From Basidiobolus meristosporus CBS 931.73 (Eukaryota > Fungi > Basidiobolomycota), in assembly GCA_002104905.1 (NCBI GenBank), contig MCFE01000164.1:1-64000 (forward strand): a DNA stretch of 64,000 nucleotides, read 5' to 3'. Position 1 is the stretch's first letter. Each line of letters opens with the position of its first letter. The notes under the pieces were generated by a model. The model was not told where the DNA came from, did no database searches, and saw only the letters and a list, made by a program, of their open reading frames with translations. Below, in pieces: positions 37,091-49,619 of the stretch. Position numbers and translations under genes: made by a program.

Positions 37091-40000
37091 TGTTGTAAGA
37101 GTCTTGAAGATATTGGAAGTGATTTGGAGAACAAGTAGATTATGTGGTTTTCACTCAATGATTTATCAAATGTAAAAGTAGTATTTATACTTTAACCTGG
37201 TCTTGGCATAACAAACACATAAAATAAGTTAAGGAAGGTCCCAAGAGCATGTGTGCCAAGTTTGGGGCTGTTTGGACAACTTTGAGAATTCTCATGTTCT
37301 GGGTACCTGGTATTTTGGTGAAAATATTCTAAGTAAATCTCAACAAGGAATTTTGGTCAGTATTCTCTAGGATTTGAAGGTGATGATCTAAGTGACTAAG
37401 TTAGGTGAGTATTTAGGTGGAAATACAAATTTTTACAACAAAATGTTCATACTGACTAGTCCTAATTTTGACCTAAGATACTCAAACTTGTCTCTAGCCA
37501 ATGGATTGGTAAATATGTCTGCAATCATTTCATCTGTAGGACAGTAAACTAAGCTAACTAAGTTATTCTCTATAGCTTCACGTATGAAATGATGTCTAAT
37601 ATCTATGTGCTTGGTTCTAGCATGAAAGGTTGGATTTCTACCTAATTGTATACATCCTTGATTATCTTGAAGTAAAGTAATAGGCGTTTTTTGACATAGG
37701 CCTAAATCTGTAAAAGGTTTTCTTAACCACATTGCTTCTTTTGTAGCTCCACAGGCTGCCATATACTCTGCCTCTGTAGTGGAAAGTGCTATGGTTGGTT
37801 GCTTTCTTGAATTCCATGAAATTGCTCCTTTACAGTAAAGAAAGGTGTATCCTGTGGTGGATCTTCTGACTTCTAAATTTTGTCCCCAATCAGCATCAGA
37901 GCATCCCATAAGATCCTGTTCAGAGTCCTTATAAGGGTATCTTAAGCAAATATCAGCAGCTCCTTTTAGGTATCTAAAAATCCGCTTAACTGCTGCAATA
38001 TGATCAGAACCATAGTTCTGATTATGTTGGCTGACAACTCCCACTGAATATGAGATATCTGGACGTGTTCCAAGCATGATATACATCAGACTCCCAACCA
38101 TAGATTGATAAAGAAAGTCAGGGCTTTCAGATGGCACCAAGCTCTCTTGATTTGGTTGAGTTTTGACCAAGTTAAGGTTTGTCTCCATTGGGGTAGCTGC
38201 CTGTGTACAGTCTTCCATTTGGTACCTCTTTAGTATATCTTGAGTATACTTGGATTGGCTTAGGGTGATAGTCTGTGTACTTCTGTCTATGGAGAACTTA
38301 ATCCCAAAGTAGTTACTAAGTTCTCCTAGATTGGACATCTTGAATACCTTAGATAGGCTGGATTTAGTCTCTTCCAATGTTTCTAGGTTATTGGTAGCTA
38401 TAATAAGATCATCCACATATAGAGCTAATAGAACTAGATTTGCTCTATCTGGCTTACAGTATATACTATAGTCAGCATTACTCCTCTTGAAACTCAAAGA
38501 TTGCAAATAAGAATCTATCTTGCTATTCCAGGCTCTTGGTGATTATTTGAGACCTTATAGTGACTTTTTAAGCTTGCAGGCCAAATGGGGGTTATCTTGG
38601 TCAACAAACCCATCAGGCTGGTCCACATACATGTCCTAGTCAAGTTCTCCATTCAAGAATGCAGCTTTTACATCCATTTGATGAATAAAAAACTTATATT
38701 TGGCTGCAATAGCCAATATTAATCTGATGGAATTAAACTTGGCTACCAGTGCAAAGGTCTCAGTATAGTCAAGTCCTTTTGTTTGATATTATCTTTTGGC
38801 TACAAGTCTTGCTTTGTATCTTTCAATTGTACCATCAGCCTTGTACTTTGTCTTGAAGATCCATCTGCATCCAATTGATTTTTGGTTGATTAGTAATTTG
38901 ACCAAGTCCCAAGTTTGATTTTCCATCAGGGCCTGATATTCCCAAGTCATTGCAGATCTCCAAAACTTTGTCTGAGGGCTATTTAGGGCCTCTTTTACAG
39001 TCTGGGGTTCATCAATATGGACTGAATAGGCATAGGCTAAGTTTGTACCCTCATTGATATATTAATTTGAACAATTTCTTGTCAGATTGGATTTCCAGGC
39101 ATTTGATACTGGAATGATCCTTTCTAGGATATTCCTGGGCACTGATTCTGGCTGGACCATGGTTGTAGAGTCCTCAGGAGTGAAAAAAATATCATTGTCT
39201 TGCTTTGATTCAATCCTGACAATTTGTGGACTTAAAATCAGATTTTGTCATCATCTGATGTCATTTTTTGGGAGAATTTTGAATTTTCATCAAACAACAC
39301 ATCCCTGGTCTTGATAAGCTTCTTTGCTTTGGTATTGTATAGTCTGTATGCCTTACTCTCATTGCGGTAGCCCAAAAATATGCATTTTACACTTTTTGGC
39401 TCAAATTTTGACTGATTTCCGGCCAGTTTTTTGGCATATGCTGTACACCCAAATGTTCTTAGATGTTCTGCACTTGGTCTGTATCCATACCATGCTTCAA
39501 ATGGAGTAGAATCATGAAGTATTCTGTTATAACTCCTATTTTTAAGGTATACAGCAGTGGCAACTGATTTCGCCCAAATATCATAGGATAATTTTTGATC
39601 ATGGATCAGAGATCTTGCCAAATCAATTATTAATCTGTTAGCTTGTTCTGCTACTCCATTTTGCTGTGGGGAGTATGGTACAGTAGTCTCTTACTTTATC
39701 CCATTAATTTTGTAGAAGTAGATGAAGAGTTTTGAGGTATATTCTCCACCATGGTCAGAGCTCATTTTCTTGATTTTTTCACCAGTTTCTCTCTCCACCA
39801 TGGCTTTAAGCTCCCTGAGCTTAGACAGAGCTTCATCTTTTCCCTCCATGAAGTAGACCCATGTGTATCTTGTATAATCATCAATACAAGTGATTAAATA
39901 CTTCATCCTGCCTAAGGACAAATTTTGCATAGGTCCACACAAATCTGAGTGAATTTGATCTAATTTTTTCTTAGCTTTGAATAGCCCAGAGCTCTTGAAC

Positions 40001-40745
40001 GGTTGCCTGGCTTGTTTCCCATATATGCAGGCTTCACAGTTCTCCAAACTAGCTGGGGGATCAATTTTTACTGCAGATATTAGCTGATCTTTGATCATTT
40101 TGCGCAAATAATCAAAATTGATGTGGCCAAATCTCCTGTGCCAAAGCATTGGTGTTTCTTCATTTGAGTTACTTATATTGGCTTCCAAATATGATGGAAT
40201 ATAAGTCAACTTGTATAGATTCTGACCTCTGATACCTGAAGCAATATGGGCACCATTTTGATCAGTGATGTTGCATCCAGAATTGTCAAAGCAGAAACTG
40301 AGTTCTTCTGCTGTGGCCTTGCTTACAGATAGTAGGTTCTTGGCTATTTCTGGTACATAGAGAACTTTTGTAAAGGTCAGTGTATGGCTTTCTTTACTGC
40401 TTCTTAGGTTTACTTGGATAGTTCCTTCTCCCACTGCATCATGTGTGCTATTGTCACCCATGAAAACCTTGTTAATTGGAATATCTTGATATTGGGTAAA
40501 AAGTTCTTTCTGGTGTATAAAGTGCTGAGATGCTCCAGAGTCAATATACCACATTGGAGAATCCTTACCTGTGGTCATATTTAGTGCAGATATGAGTAGT
40601 CTAACCTCAGTTGTTGCAGCATATCCATTTTCAGGCTTCTTTTGCTGATTATCTTTCTTTTTGAGACACCGGTCTGATGTGTGTCCTTTCCTATTGCAGT
40701 AGTTACAAAACAGGTTGCTGTTGCCTTTGTAGGAAGGAAGGTTCC
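37091..40745 (-). mobile_element. Ty1/copia copy: gag zinc-knuckle end, protease, integrase, RT, RNase H, LTR 37091-37440; internally deleted and pseudogenised
   Basis: Protease WYIDSGASQHF and integrase motifs (39691-40578). RT/RNase H ORF 37433-38506 has LYVDDLII, SDADWG and RTKHIDIRHHF. Confidence 0.92.
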
Positions 40746-40750
40746 ATGAT

Positions 40751-41552
40751 CATGTGTGCCAAGTTTGGGGCTGTTTGGACAACCTTGAGAATTTTCATGT
40801 TCTGGGTACCTGGTATTTTGGTGAAAAAATTCTAAGTAAATCTCAACAAGGAATTTTGGTCAGTATTCTCTAGGATTTGAAGGTGATGATCTAAGTGACT
40901 AAGTTAGGTGAATATTTAGGTGGAAATACAAATTTTTACAACAAAATGTTCATACTGACTAGTCCTAATTTTGACCTAAGATATTCAAACTTGTCTCTAG
41001 CTAATGAATTGATAAATATGTCTGCAATCATTTCATCTGTAGGACAGTAAACTAAGCAAACTAAGTTATTCTCTATAGCTTTGCATATAAAATGATGTCT
41101 AATACCTATGTGCTTGGTTCTAGCATGAAAAGTTGGATTTCTACCTAATTGTATACATCCTTGATTATCTTGAAATAAAGTAATAGGCGTTTTTTGACAT
41201 AGGCCTAAATCTGTAAAAGGTTTTCTTAACCACATTGCTTCTTTTGTAGCTTCACAGGCTGCCATATACTCTGCCTCTGTGGTGGAAAGTGCTACAGTTG
41301 GTTGCTTTCTTGAATTCCATGAAATTGCTCCTTTACAGTAAAGAAAGGTGTATCCTGTGGTGGATCTTCTGTCTTCTAGATTTTGTCCCCAATCAGCATC
41401 AGAGCATCCCACAAGATCCTGTTCTGAGTCCTTATAAGTGCATCTTAAGCAGATATCAGCAGTTCCTTTTAGTTATCTAAAAATCCGCTTAACTGCTGCA
41501 ATATGATCAGATCCATAGTTCCAATTATATTGGCTGACAACTCTCACTGAAT
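40751..41552 (-). repeat. ~800-bp direct duplicate of 37248-38050 (partial LTR plus RNase H end)
   Basis: Collinear and near-identical. Both copies share the same PPT deletion and the extra T in GAATTTTGGTC. Confidence 0.8.
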
Positions 41553-42288
41553 AGAGTTTTGAGGTATATTCTCAACCATTATCAGAGTGTATTTTCTTGA
41601 TTTTTTCACCAATTTCTCTCTCCACCATGACTTTGAGCTCCCTGAGCTTAGACAGAGCTTCTTCCTTTCTCTCCATGAAGTAGACCCATGTGTATCTTGA
41701 ATAATCATCAATCAAAGTCATTAAATACTTCATCCTGCCTAAGGATAAATTTTGCATAGGTCCACACAGATCTGAGTGAATTAGATGTAATTTTTTCTTA
41801 GTTTTGACTAACCCAGAGCTCTTGAACGGCGCGGTGGTGTATAGGTCCAAGGGAGAGATATGTTCAACACTTCTCAAGTGTTTTGTGTGTGGGGTGTTCA
41901 CAGGGTGCAATAACCTCTGGCAAAAGCTTGCTAGGAATACTTGGGTTCTGTCTCTAATCTAATGTGAAGGGGAATAAAGCCACAAGCTTGTCAAGGGAAA
42001 ACTATTGAGCTACAATCCCCAACTTAGTTGGCGTCTTAACAAAAGTATGTGCTGGGTTCAGCGTCCTTTGAGATGACAATGTACTAATGCTTCCAAAGTC
42101 AAAACAACTGTAAACTCCACCAGCAGGGACTTGATAAGAATGCAGCTGTGGTCAATAGTTACAAAGACAGAAAAGTATCTTTGCCTGTACAAGAACAAAT
42201 TTGGGAAAGAACCAAATATAATAAAAGATACCCACTCTGAGTATTCCTCACAAGTGGTGCCTCCAAGAACAGTTGGCTGTCAGCACGG

Positions 42289-43359
42289 TGTAGTGGGGTG
42301 ACAGTGACACCCACTGACAGATGTGCTCATTCCCTTATTTTCTACTTCCCTACATCTCTACTACACTTATTTCAGTTTTATCCCATTTGTCTTACCCAAT
42401 CAGTGCTATGCCATAAGCTGGTTGACTATCATACCTGCTTACCTTATTGCATAAGTAACCCCTCACTTTATGTAAGGTTACTCGCTATAAGTGCTTCTAT
42501 ATTAGGCAAGTACCTGCGCCAGTACCCGTGACACATGATCAACCCATGTCACCATCCCTAGCATTTTCATACCATATATGGTATCCCCATGTTACACAGG
42601 TTTCAGAAAACTGATTCCTGATTGGTTGGATGTGCTGTGCCTCTTAGAACCTTCCGGCACCTACTTAGAACATTCTTAGGTCATTCTGATGTCATCAAGA
42701 TTTCTATTGATATCTGGAACCTTCTGGAACACCATGATTAGTAATCACTTAGCCCGTGAGAAAAGTATATAAGGGAGGCTATCCCTCTACAATAAATCAT
42801 CATCCCTTTTATCAATATACCAACTTGCTGATTAGTGTGATCACTGCTACCTGCTGCTACCTGAACTTCCAACCCCAGACCACAGGACACTCCCAGGAAA
42901 CTGCGCTGACAGCCAACTGACCTTGGAGGCACTACTTGTGAGGAATACTCAGAGTAGGTATCTTTTATTATATGTGATTCTTTCCCAAGTTTGTTCTTGT
43001 ACAGGCAAAGATACTTTTCTGTCTTTGTAACTATTGACCACAGCTGCATTCTTATCAAGTCCCTGCTGGTGGAGTTTATAGTTGTTTTGACTTTGGAAAC
43101 TTTAGTACATTGTCATCTCAAAGGACGCTGAACCCAGCACATACTTTTGTTAAGACGCCAATTAAGTTGGGGATTGTAGCTCAATAGTTTTCCCTTGACA
43201 AGCTTGTGGCTTTATTCCCCTTCACATTAGATTAGAGACAGAACCCAAGTATTCCTAGCAAGCTTTTGCCAGAGGTTATTGCACCCAGTGAACACCCCAC
43301 ACACAAAACACTTGAGAAGTGTTGAACATATCTCTCCCTTGGACCTATACACCACCACA
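42289..43359 (+). repeat. 5' LTR of the gypsy element
   Basis: About 97% identical to 48549-49619 (about 31 substitutions, no indels, counted by eye). Confidence 0.96.
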
Positions 43360-43363
43360 TAAT

Positions 43364-43381
43364 TGGCACCCAATGTGGGGG
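43364..43381 (+). promoter_or_regulatory. Primer-binding site, tRNA-Lys(CUU)-type, CpG-eroded
   Basis: TGGCACCCAATGTGGGGG versus the canonical Lys1,2 PBS TGGCGCCCAACGTGGGGC. Confidence 0.85.
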
Positions 43382-43499
43382 GTTCATACAAGCTCCCTAG
43401 GACCCAACAAGATTTACCTGAAGATTTGAGCTGTTATCCACCTATTGAAAAGAGACTACCAATATTACCAAGAATACTACACCAACCTACCGGCCCAAA

Positions 43500-44546
43500 A
43501 TGAACTCTATGCCATTACCACTCTCACATGGAGCTCCACAGTTTGATGGAAAGAATGTGGAAAGCTTCATATTTAAATGGGAGAAGCTCTGCAAGATGTG
43601 CAGCTTATCTGAACAAGAAATGGCTGAAGACTTCCCCTACTACTGCACCAATGATATTTCTACTAAGCTTCTCAGATAAGAAGACATTCTCACCAACTGG
43701 GCCTTAATGAAGACCTACCTACAGACCAAGTATGGTAGACTCCAGATATACTATGGAATTGAAGACTTCAGACACTTTGGAAGAACTGGACTTTCCAAGC
43801 TACCACTTGAAGAGTTCATTCAACAATATGAAGATATGGCCAAGCCACTCCTAGAGTCCCAGGCTATAACTGAGTTTACCATGACACTTTACCTTGCACA
43901 AGGGCTTCCCCAGGGCTTGGCAAGGAAATTTGACTTACATGCAGCCAAGGATGACAAGTCTGGCATTCCTTGCTTTGCAGAGATGAAACGTGTTCTCCTA
44001 GAGGCAAAGCAAACTTCTACCTTTATGAGACTCCTGACATCTAATCTGCAAGACCAGTCAACCAAGGAGCCAAGGAGTACTGCTGCTGACAATCAGACCT
44101 ACACTACTGACAGAATTAACCAACTTGCTGAACAGCTACAAAAGCTAGCCCTTAAGATTAGTAGCTCAGCTGAGGTAGCTACTGAGGGACAAAGACCTTT
44201 GCCCAGGCACTGCATCTGGTGTGACTCTACTCAGCATACCAGACAAGAATGCTCAGAGCTTAGTCAGCTACTCAGAGAAGGAGCAGTACAGTTTGATGCT
44301 GATGGAATGCTTGCTGACAAGGAAGGAAGAAGGATTCCCACCAATTTCCAAAGAGGAGGAATGAGAGCCCTTTTCCAGAAATCTGACTCAGCAACCAGAA
44401 AGATTACTGTTGATGCCCCTATTGGGACTCATAAAGTGAATCCAAGCAGCCCTGACAACAGACAATACAAAGTTAATGCCTTTGCTACCAAAAGACACCT
44501 CCCTGAAGAACCTGCCAAACCCATCCTTAGAAGACCACAAACATGA
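43500..44546 (+). pseudogene. Gypsy gag with a premature stop at 43677
   Basis: APQFDGKNVESFIFKWE near the N-terminus. Cx2Cx4Hx4C knuckle CIWCDSTQHTRQEC. Confidence 0.88.
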
Positions 44547-44699
44547 TGATCCAACAACTAATGCAACTGTACGTGGAAAATTAGTTATATAATAAAGCGC
44601 ATAACAAAAAAACGTTTTTAAAAGACCCATTTTTCTTAATATTATTAAAACCGTTAAGATATGGTTGCCATCAATAATTAATTCTATAAAGTTTAAATG

Positions 44700-47600
44700 A
44701 AGAACCTGCAGTTGTTATTGACAAGAGGCCTAGTATGCTGCCCACCCAAGATCCATTGCCTCACTTTCAGATGACCTCAAAGATAGCGAGCTACTCAAGC
44801 CCTCAACTGATTACTGAGAAGCTGCTGAAGCAGAACCTCACTTTGTTGGTTGGAGAAATCATGTGTGTATCCCCGTCTATTAGAAAGACCTTTGATGAGC
44901 AGCTTAGAACAAGACAACAAGCTGTTGAACATATGGACACCCATATAATTCAGACAAACCATGAAGACCACCAAAAAGACAACAACACTACTGAATATAA
45001 GACCTTTTACTCAGTTGCAACTGCTGTGGTGAAAGGATATATAAATGATGACCCTGTTGACTGCCATATTGACAGTGGCTCAGAGATTTGTGTTATGCCA
45101 CTAGACTTCTGGAAGACACTTAGAATCAAGGAGCTACTGCCTGTTGATAGAGATATTAGATGGAACATGACTGATGCAAACTCAGGATCTAGTCCACTCT
45201 ATGGTGTAGTGCACAAGCTCCCTATTGAGGTACAAGGAATAAAGGTCTGGCTTCCCCTCTTCATCTGCCAGAAGGCAAACTTTGACCTTCTGCTAGGTAG
45301 ACCATGGGAAACCAGCACTAAGGCTACAACTACCAACTATTCCAATTGGTCAGTATGGTACACCATACAAGGATCCAACCCAGGACTACAGTCAACCTTC
45401 TGTGGTGCAACACCCAACAATAAGAGGACACATACTGCTTGCCAGAAGACACATCTTGTTATGGAAGAAGATGAAGAGCCTGACAATATACACCCCAACA
45501 TTTGGAGCTGCTCATTAGGTATACAGGAGCAAACAGCTATGGTTCAAACAAAATACAAGACAGTAGAACAGAAGATTAGACCATCACTTACCCTGTTGAC
45601 TGATGGATCCCAACCTGCTGATTATATTAGACCACCAGAAGAAACACCAGAAGATATACAACTTACACCTGAGAGACTTAAGCAACGTATCATTGGTGAT
45701 GGAAACCTTACACCAGAGGAGATACTATTATTTGAAGAAACCTTGAAAAGGCATGATAAGGTTTTCTCATATAACAACAAGGAGATGGGGCTCTTAAAGA
45801 CATTGGTTGAAAAACCCATCAAGATTCATACAGTGCCCCACACACCCTGGTCATTTAAGCCTTACCCACTGCTCAGAGGACTCCAAGCTGATGTGCATGA
45901 CCTACTTAAGAAGAAGATAGAAGCTGGTATCCTAGAACCTTCTCATGGACCCTATGCTAACAGGTGGTTTGTGACCAAAAAGAAGAATGGAAAGCTCTGA
46001 TTCATTCAAGACATGCAACCTGCAAATGCTGTCACTATCAGAGATGCTGCTATACCTCCATCTATTGATGACTTTGCAGAAAGCTTTAGCGGCCACTCCA
46101 TCTACTTGACATATGATCTCTACTCAGGATATGACCAGATTCCCCTTGATGAGACATCAAGAGATATGTTTGCACTACAGACACCATTTGGACTTTTAAG
46201 GATGACAAGACTCAGCCAAGGGGCTACAAACTCTGTGGCTCAGTCCCAGAGATGCATGGTAAATGTGCTGTATCAGCTTATACCTGAGAAACCTTGCTGT
46301 CTTTGTGGATGACATAGGCATCTAAGGTCCAAAATTCCGGGACACCACTGAAGTTATGCCTGGAGTAAGAAAGTTTGTCTATGACCATATTGCAGACAAT
46401 GATGCCATATTAGGAGCCATTGAAGAAGCTGGACTCACCATCAGTGGTGAGAAGAGCAGCTTTGGTGTATCAGAGATATCCATTGTTGGACAAAAATGCA
46501 ACACCTTTGGTTGTTCACCTGGAGACTCCAAGACACAAAAAATATGCAACTGGCCTACCCCCACAAATCTCACACAAGCCCATGGCTTTGTGGCAGCTTG
46601 TGGGTTCTTTAGGATCTGGATCCCAGGATTTTCTGAGATAGCAGAACCAATCTACCAACTACAGAGAAAGAATACCCCATTTATCTGGGGAAAAGAGCAA
46701 GAAGAAGCCATGCAATTACTGAAAGAGGCCTTAGTATCTCCACCAGTCCTAAGACCTCTTGACTATCAAAACACTGAATGCCCTCCTATTTTGACAGTGG
46801 ATGCAAGCCCTATAGGAGCTGGAGCACTACTTGGACAAGATGATGAAGATGGCAACCGCTATGCCTGCAGATATGAGAGATGCCTATTCTCTCCTAGAGA
46901 ACAAAGATACTCACAGATTAAGAGAGAACTACTAGGAGTTGTGAAGATGCTGAGGAAGCTGAAGTCACAACTCTACATGACGCATTTTATCCTGGAGACA
47001 GATGCCAAGCCACTTATACAAATGATCAACAAGCCTGACCTACCTGATGATGCCACAAACCAATGGATGGCATGGCTGAAAATGTTTGACTTTGAGATCA
47101 GACATATCCCTGGCAAGACAAATGTTGTGGCTGATGCACTCTCCAGGAAGGGACCACAATTATTTGAAGACTTGGACCCTCACTTTGATGATATTACTGA
47201 TGCAGAGATCCAACAGATTGCCATCAAAGACCAAGAGAGAACTACCTGGAGTCTGATCAAAGAATATCTAAGGACACTTAAGAAACCTAGTTGGATGGAA
47301 ATTCAGGAGTTTAGAAAACTCAGGAAGAAGGCACACCACTATTATCTTAAAGATGATCATCTCTTTAAGCAAGTGAAGCCTGGACTTATGCCAAGAAGAG
47401 TAGTCACTACCCCTCAAGAGCAACTGAGCATCATGACAAGTATCCACCAAGGAGAACCAGGAGGACATAAAGGACAAGAAGCCACATACAATACCATAGC
47501 TCAGAGGTACTACTGGGAAAGCATGTACTATGATATCCAACACTTTGTTGAGTCATGTGCAGCCTGCCAGAAGAGATCCTCCAAGCGTTATGAAGAACCA

Positions 47601-48509
47601 CCGCATCCTACTTACACAATCTGTCTATGGCAAAAGGTTGGTATTGACCTTGTCCACATGCCAACAGCTGGATCAAAAAAGTACCTGATTGTTGCTAGAG
47701 ATGACCTTAGTGGATGGGCAGAGGCTCAAACCTTGCCCAACAACAAGAGCCATACCATATGGAGATTTATACTTAAAGACATCATCTGCAGATTTGGCTG
47801 CATCCAACAGTTTATTGCTGACAGAGGAGAGATGACATCCCAAATGATCCAGGAGTTTTGCTCAAAGTACAAGATACACATTGCTTTTACAACAGCTTAC
47901 CACCTTCAAGCCAATGGAATGATAGAGAGAGGACATGGACTATTGGTGAACTCTCTTGTCAAGACCTGTGAGAATAACACAACACTGTGGCCACAGCAAT
48001 TACATCTAGCACTCTGGGCAGATAGAATTACTACCAAGAGAACAACTTGATTATTGCCATTCAAGCTACTCTATGGACATGACTGCATACTACCAGTTGA
48101 GTTAAACACAGTCACTTGGAACTCATTGAATTGGAGATCCAATAAGCAGACTGAAGACCTCATTGCAACTTGCATACAGCAACTTGATCACCATGACTTG
48201 AATATTAGCAGAGCTGCTGAACAACTTAAGGATACACAACTAAAGAACAAGGTGCCCTTTGACAAATCACACCCAACAAGACCAAAACCACTATCACTAG
48301 GAGACCCAGTATTACTCTATGATTCTACCTTGGACAAGCAATGGAGTTGGAAGTTTGGCAACAAATGGACTGGCCCCTACCTCATTTCCAAAGTGATTGG
48401 AAATGGAAGTTATTACATATCTGAGCTTGACAACACCCAATTGAGAGCACCAGTTGCTGGAAACCAACTTAAGTTATTCAAGCATAGGAATTTTGCACAT
48501 CAAGAGTAG
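44700..48509 (+). pseudogene. Gypsy pol (protease, RT, RNase H, integrase) with in-frame stops and a frameshift near 46290
   Basis: Protease HIDSGSEI. RT DLYSGYDQI, QGATNS, FVDD. RNase H TVDAS, RELLGV, ETDAKPL. Integrase HHCC (IHQ..GGH..CAAC), IDLVH, ADRGE, NGMIER, and a C-terminal GPY motif. No chromodomain. Confidence 0.95.
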
Positions 48510-48534
48510 TTTACTTTGACCCAAGTTCAAAGCT

Positions 48535-48548
48535 GAGAGGGGGGTGGA
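48535..48548 (+). promoter_or_regulatory. Polypurine tract of the gypsy element
   Basis: GAGAGGGGGGTGGA directly before the 3' LTR. Confidence 0.85.
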
Positions 48549-49619
48549 TGTAGTGGGGTGACAGTGACACCCACTGACAGACATGCTCATTCCCTTATTT
48601 TCTACTTCCCTACATCTCTACTACACTTATTTCAGTTTTATCCCATTTGTCTTACACAATCAGTACTATGCCATAAGCCGGTTAACTATCACACCTGCTT
48701 ACCTTATTGCATAAGTAACCCCTCACTTTATGTAAGGTTACTTGCTATAAGTGCTTCTATATTAGTCAGGTACCTGCGCCAGTGCCCATGACACATGATC
48801 AACCCGTGTCACCATCCCTAGCATTTTCATACCATATATGGTATCCCCATGTTACACAGGTTTCAGAATACTGATTCCTGATTGGTTGGATGTGCTGTGC
48901 CTCTCAGAACCTTCCGGCACCTACTTAGAACATTCTTAGGTCATTCTGATGTCATCAAGATTTCTATTGATATCCAGAACCTTCTGGAACACCATGGTTA
49001 GTAATCACTTAGCCAGTGAGAAAAGTATATAAGGGAGGCTATCCCTCTACAATATATCATCATCCCTTTTATCAATATACCAACTTGCTGATTAGTGTGA
49101 TCACTGCTACCTGCTGCTACCTGAACTTCCAACCCCAGACCACCGGACACTCCCAGGAAACTGCGCTGACAGCCAACTGACCTTGGAGGCACTACTTGTG
49201 AGGAATACTCAGAGTAGGTATCTTTTATTATATGTGATTCTTTCCCAAGTTTGTTCTTGTACAGGCAAAGATACTTTTCTGTCTTTGTAACTATTGACCA
49301 CAGCTGCATTCTTATCAAGTCCCTGCTGGTGGAGTTTACAGTTGTTTTGACTTTGGAAACTTTAGTACATTGTCATCTCAAAGGATGCTGAACCCAGCAC
49401 ATACTTTTGTTAAGATGCCAACTAAGTTGGGGATTGTAGCTCAATAGTTTTCCCTTGACAAGCTTGTGGCTTTATTCCCCTTCACATTAGAATAGAGACA
49501 GAACCCAAGTATTCCTAGCAAGCTTTTGCCAGAGGTTACCGCACCCAGAGAACACCCCACACACAAAACACTTGAGAAGTGTTGGACGTATCTCTCCCTT
49601 GGACCTATACACCACCACA
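48549..49619 (+). repeat. 3' LTR of the gypsy element
   Basis: Same length and termini as the 5' LTR. Confidence 0.96.

Larger units (their letters stand above)
42289..49619 (+). mobile_element. Full-length Ty3/gypsy LTR retrotransposon (7331 bp), inactivated; TSD ACGG/ACAG
   Basis: Two 1071-bp TG...CA LTRs, PBS, gag with CCHC knuckle, pol in the order PR-RT-RH-IN, and PPT. Confidence 0.96.

Noticed and set aside
42298-49318. Near-identical ORFs appearing twice (42298-42531 / 48558-48791; 42738-43058 / 48998-49318)
   Set aside because: They are by-products of the LTR duplication, and they are not kept open in the more diverged solo LTRs.
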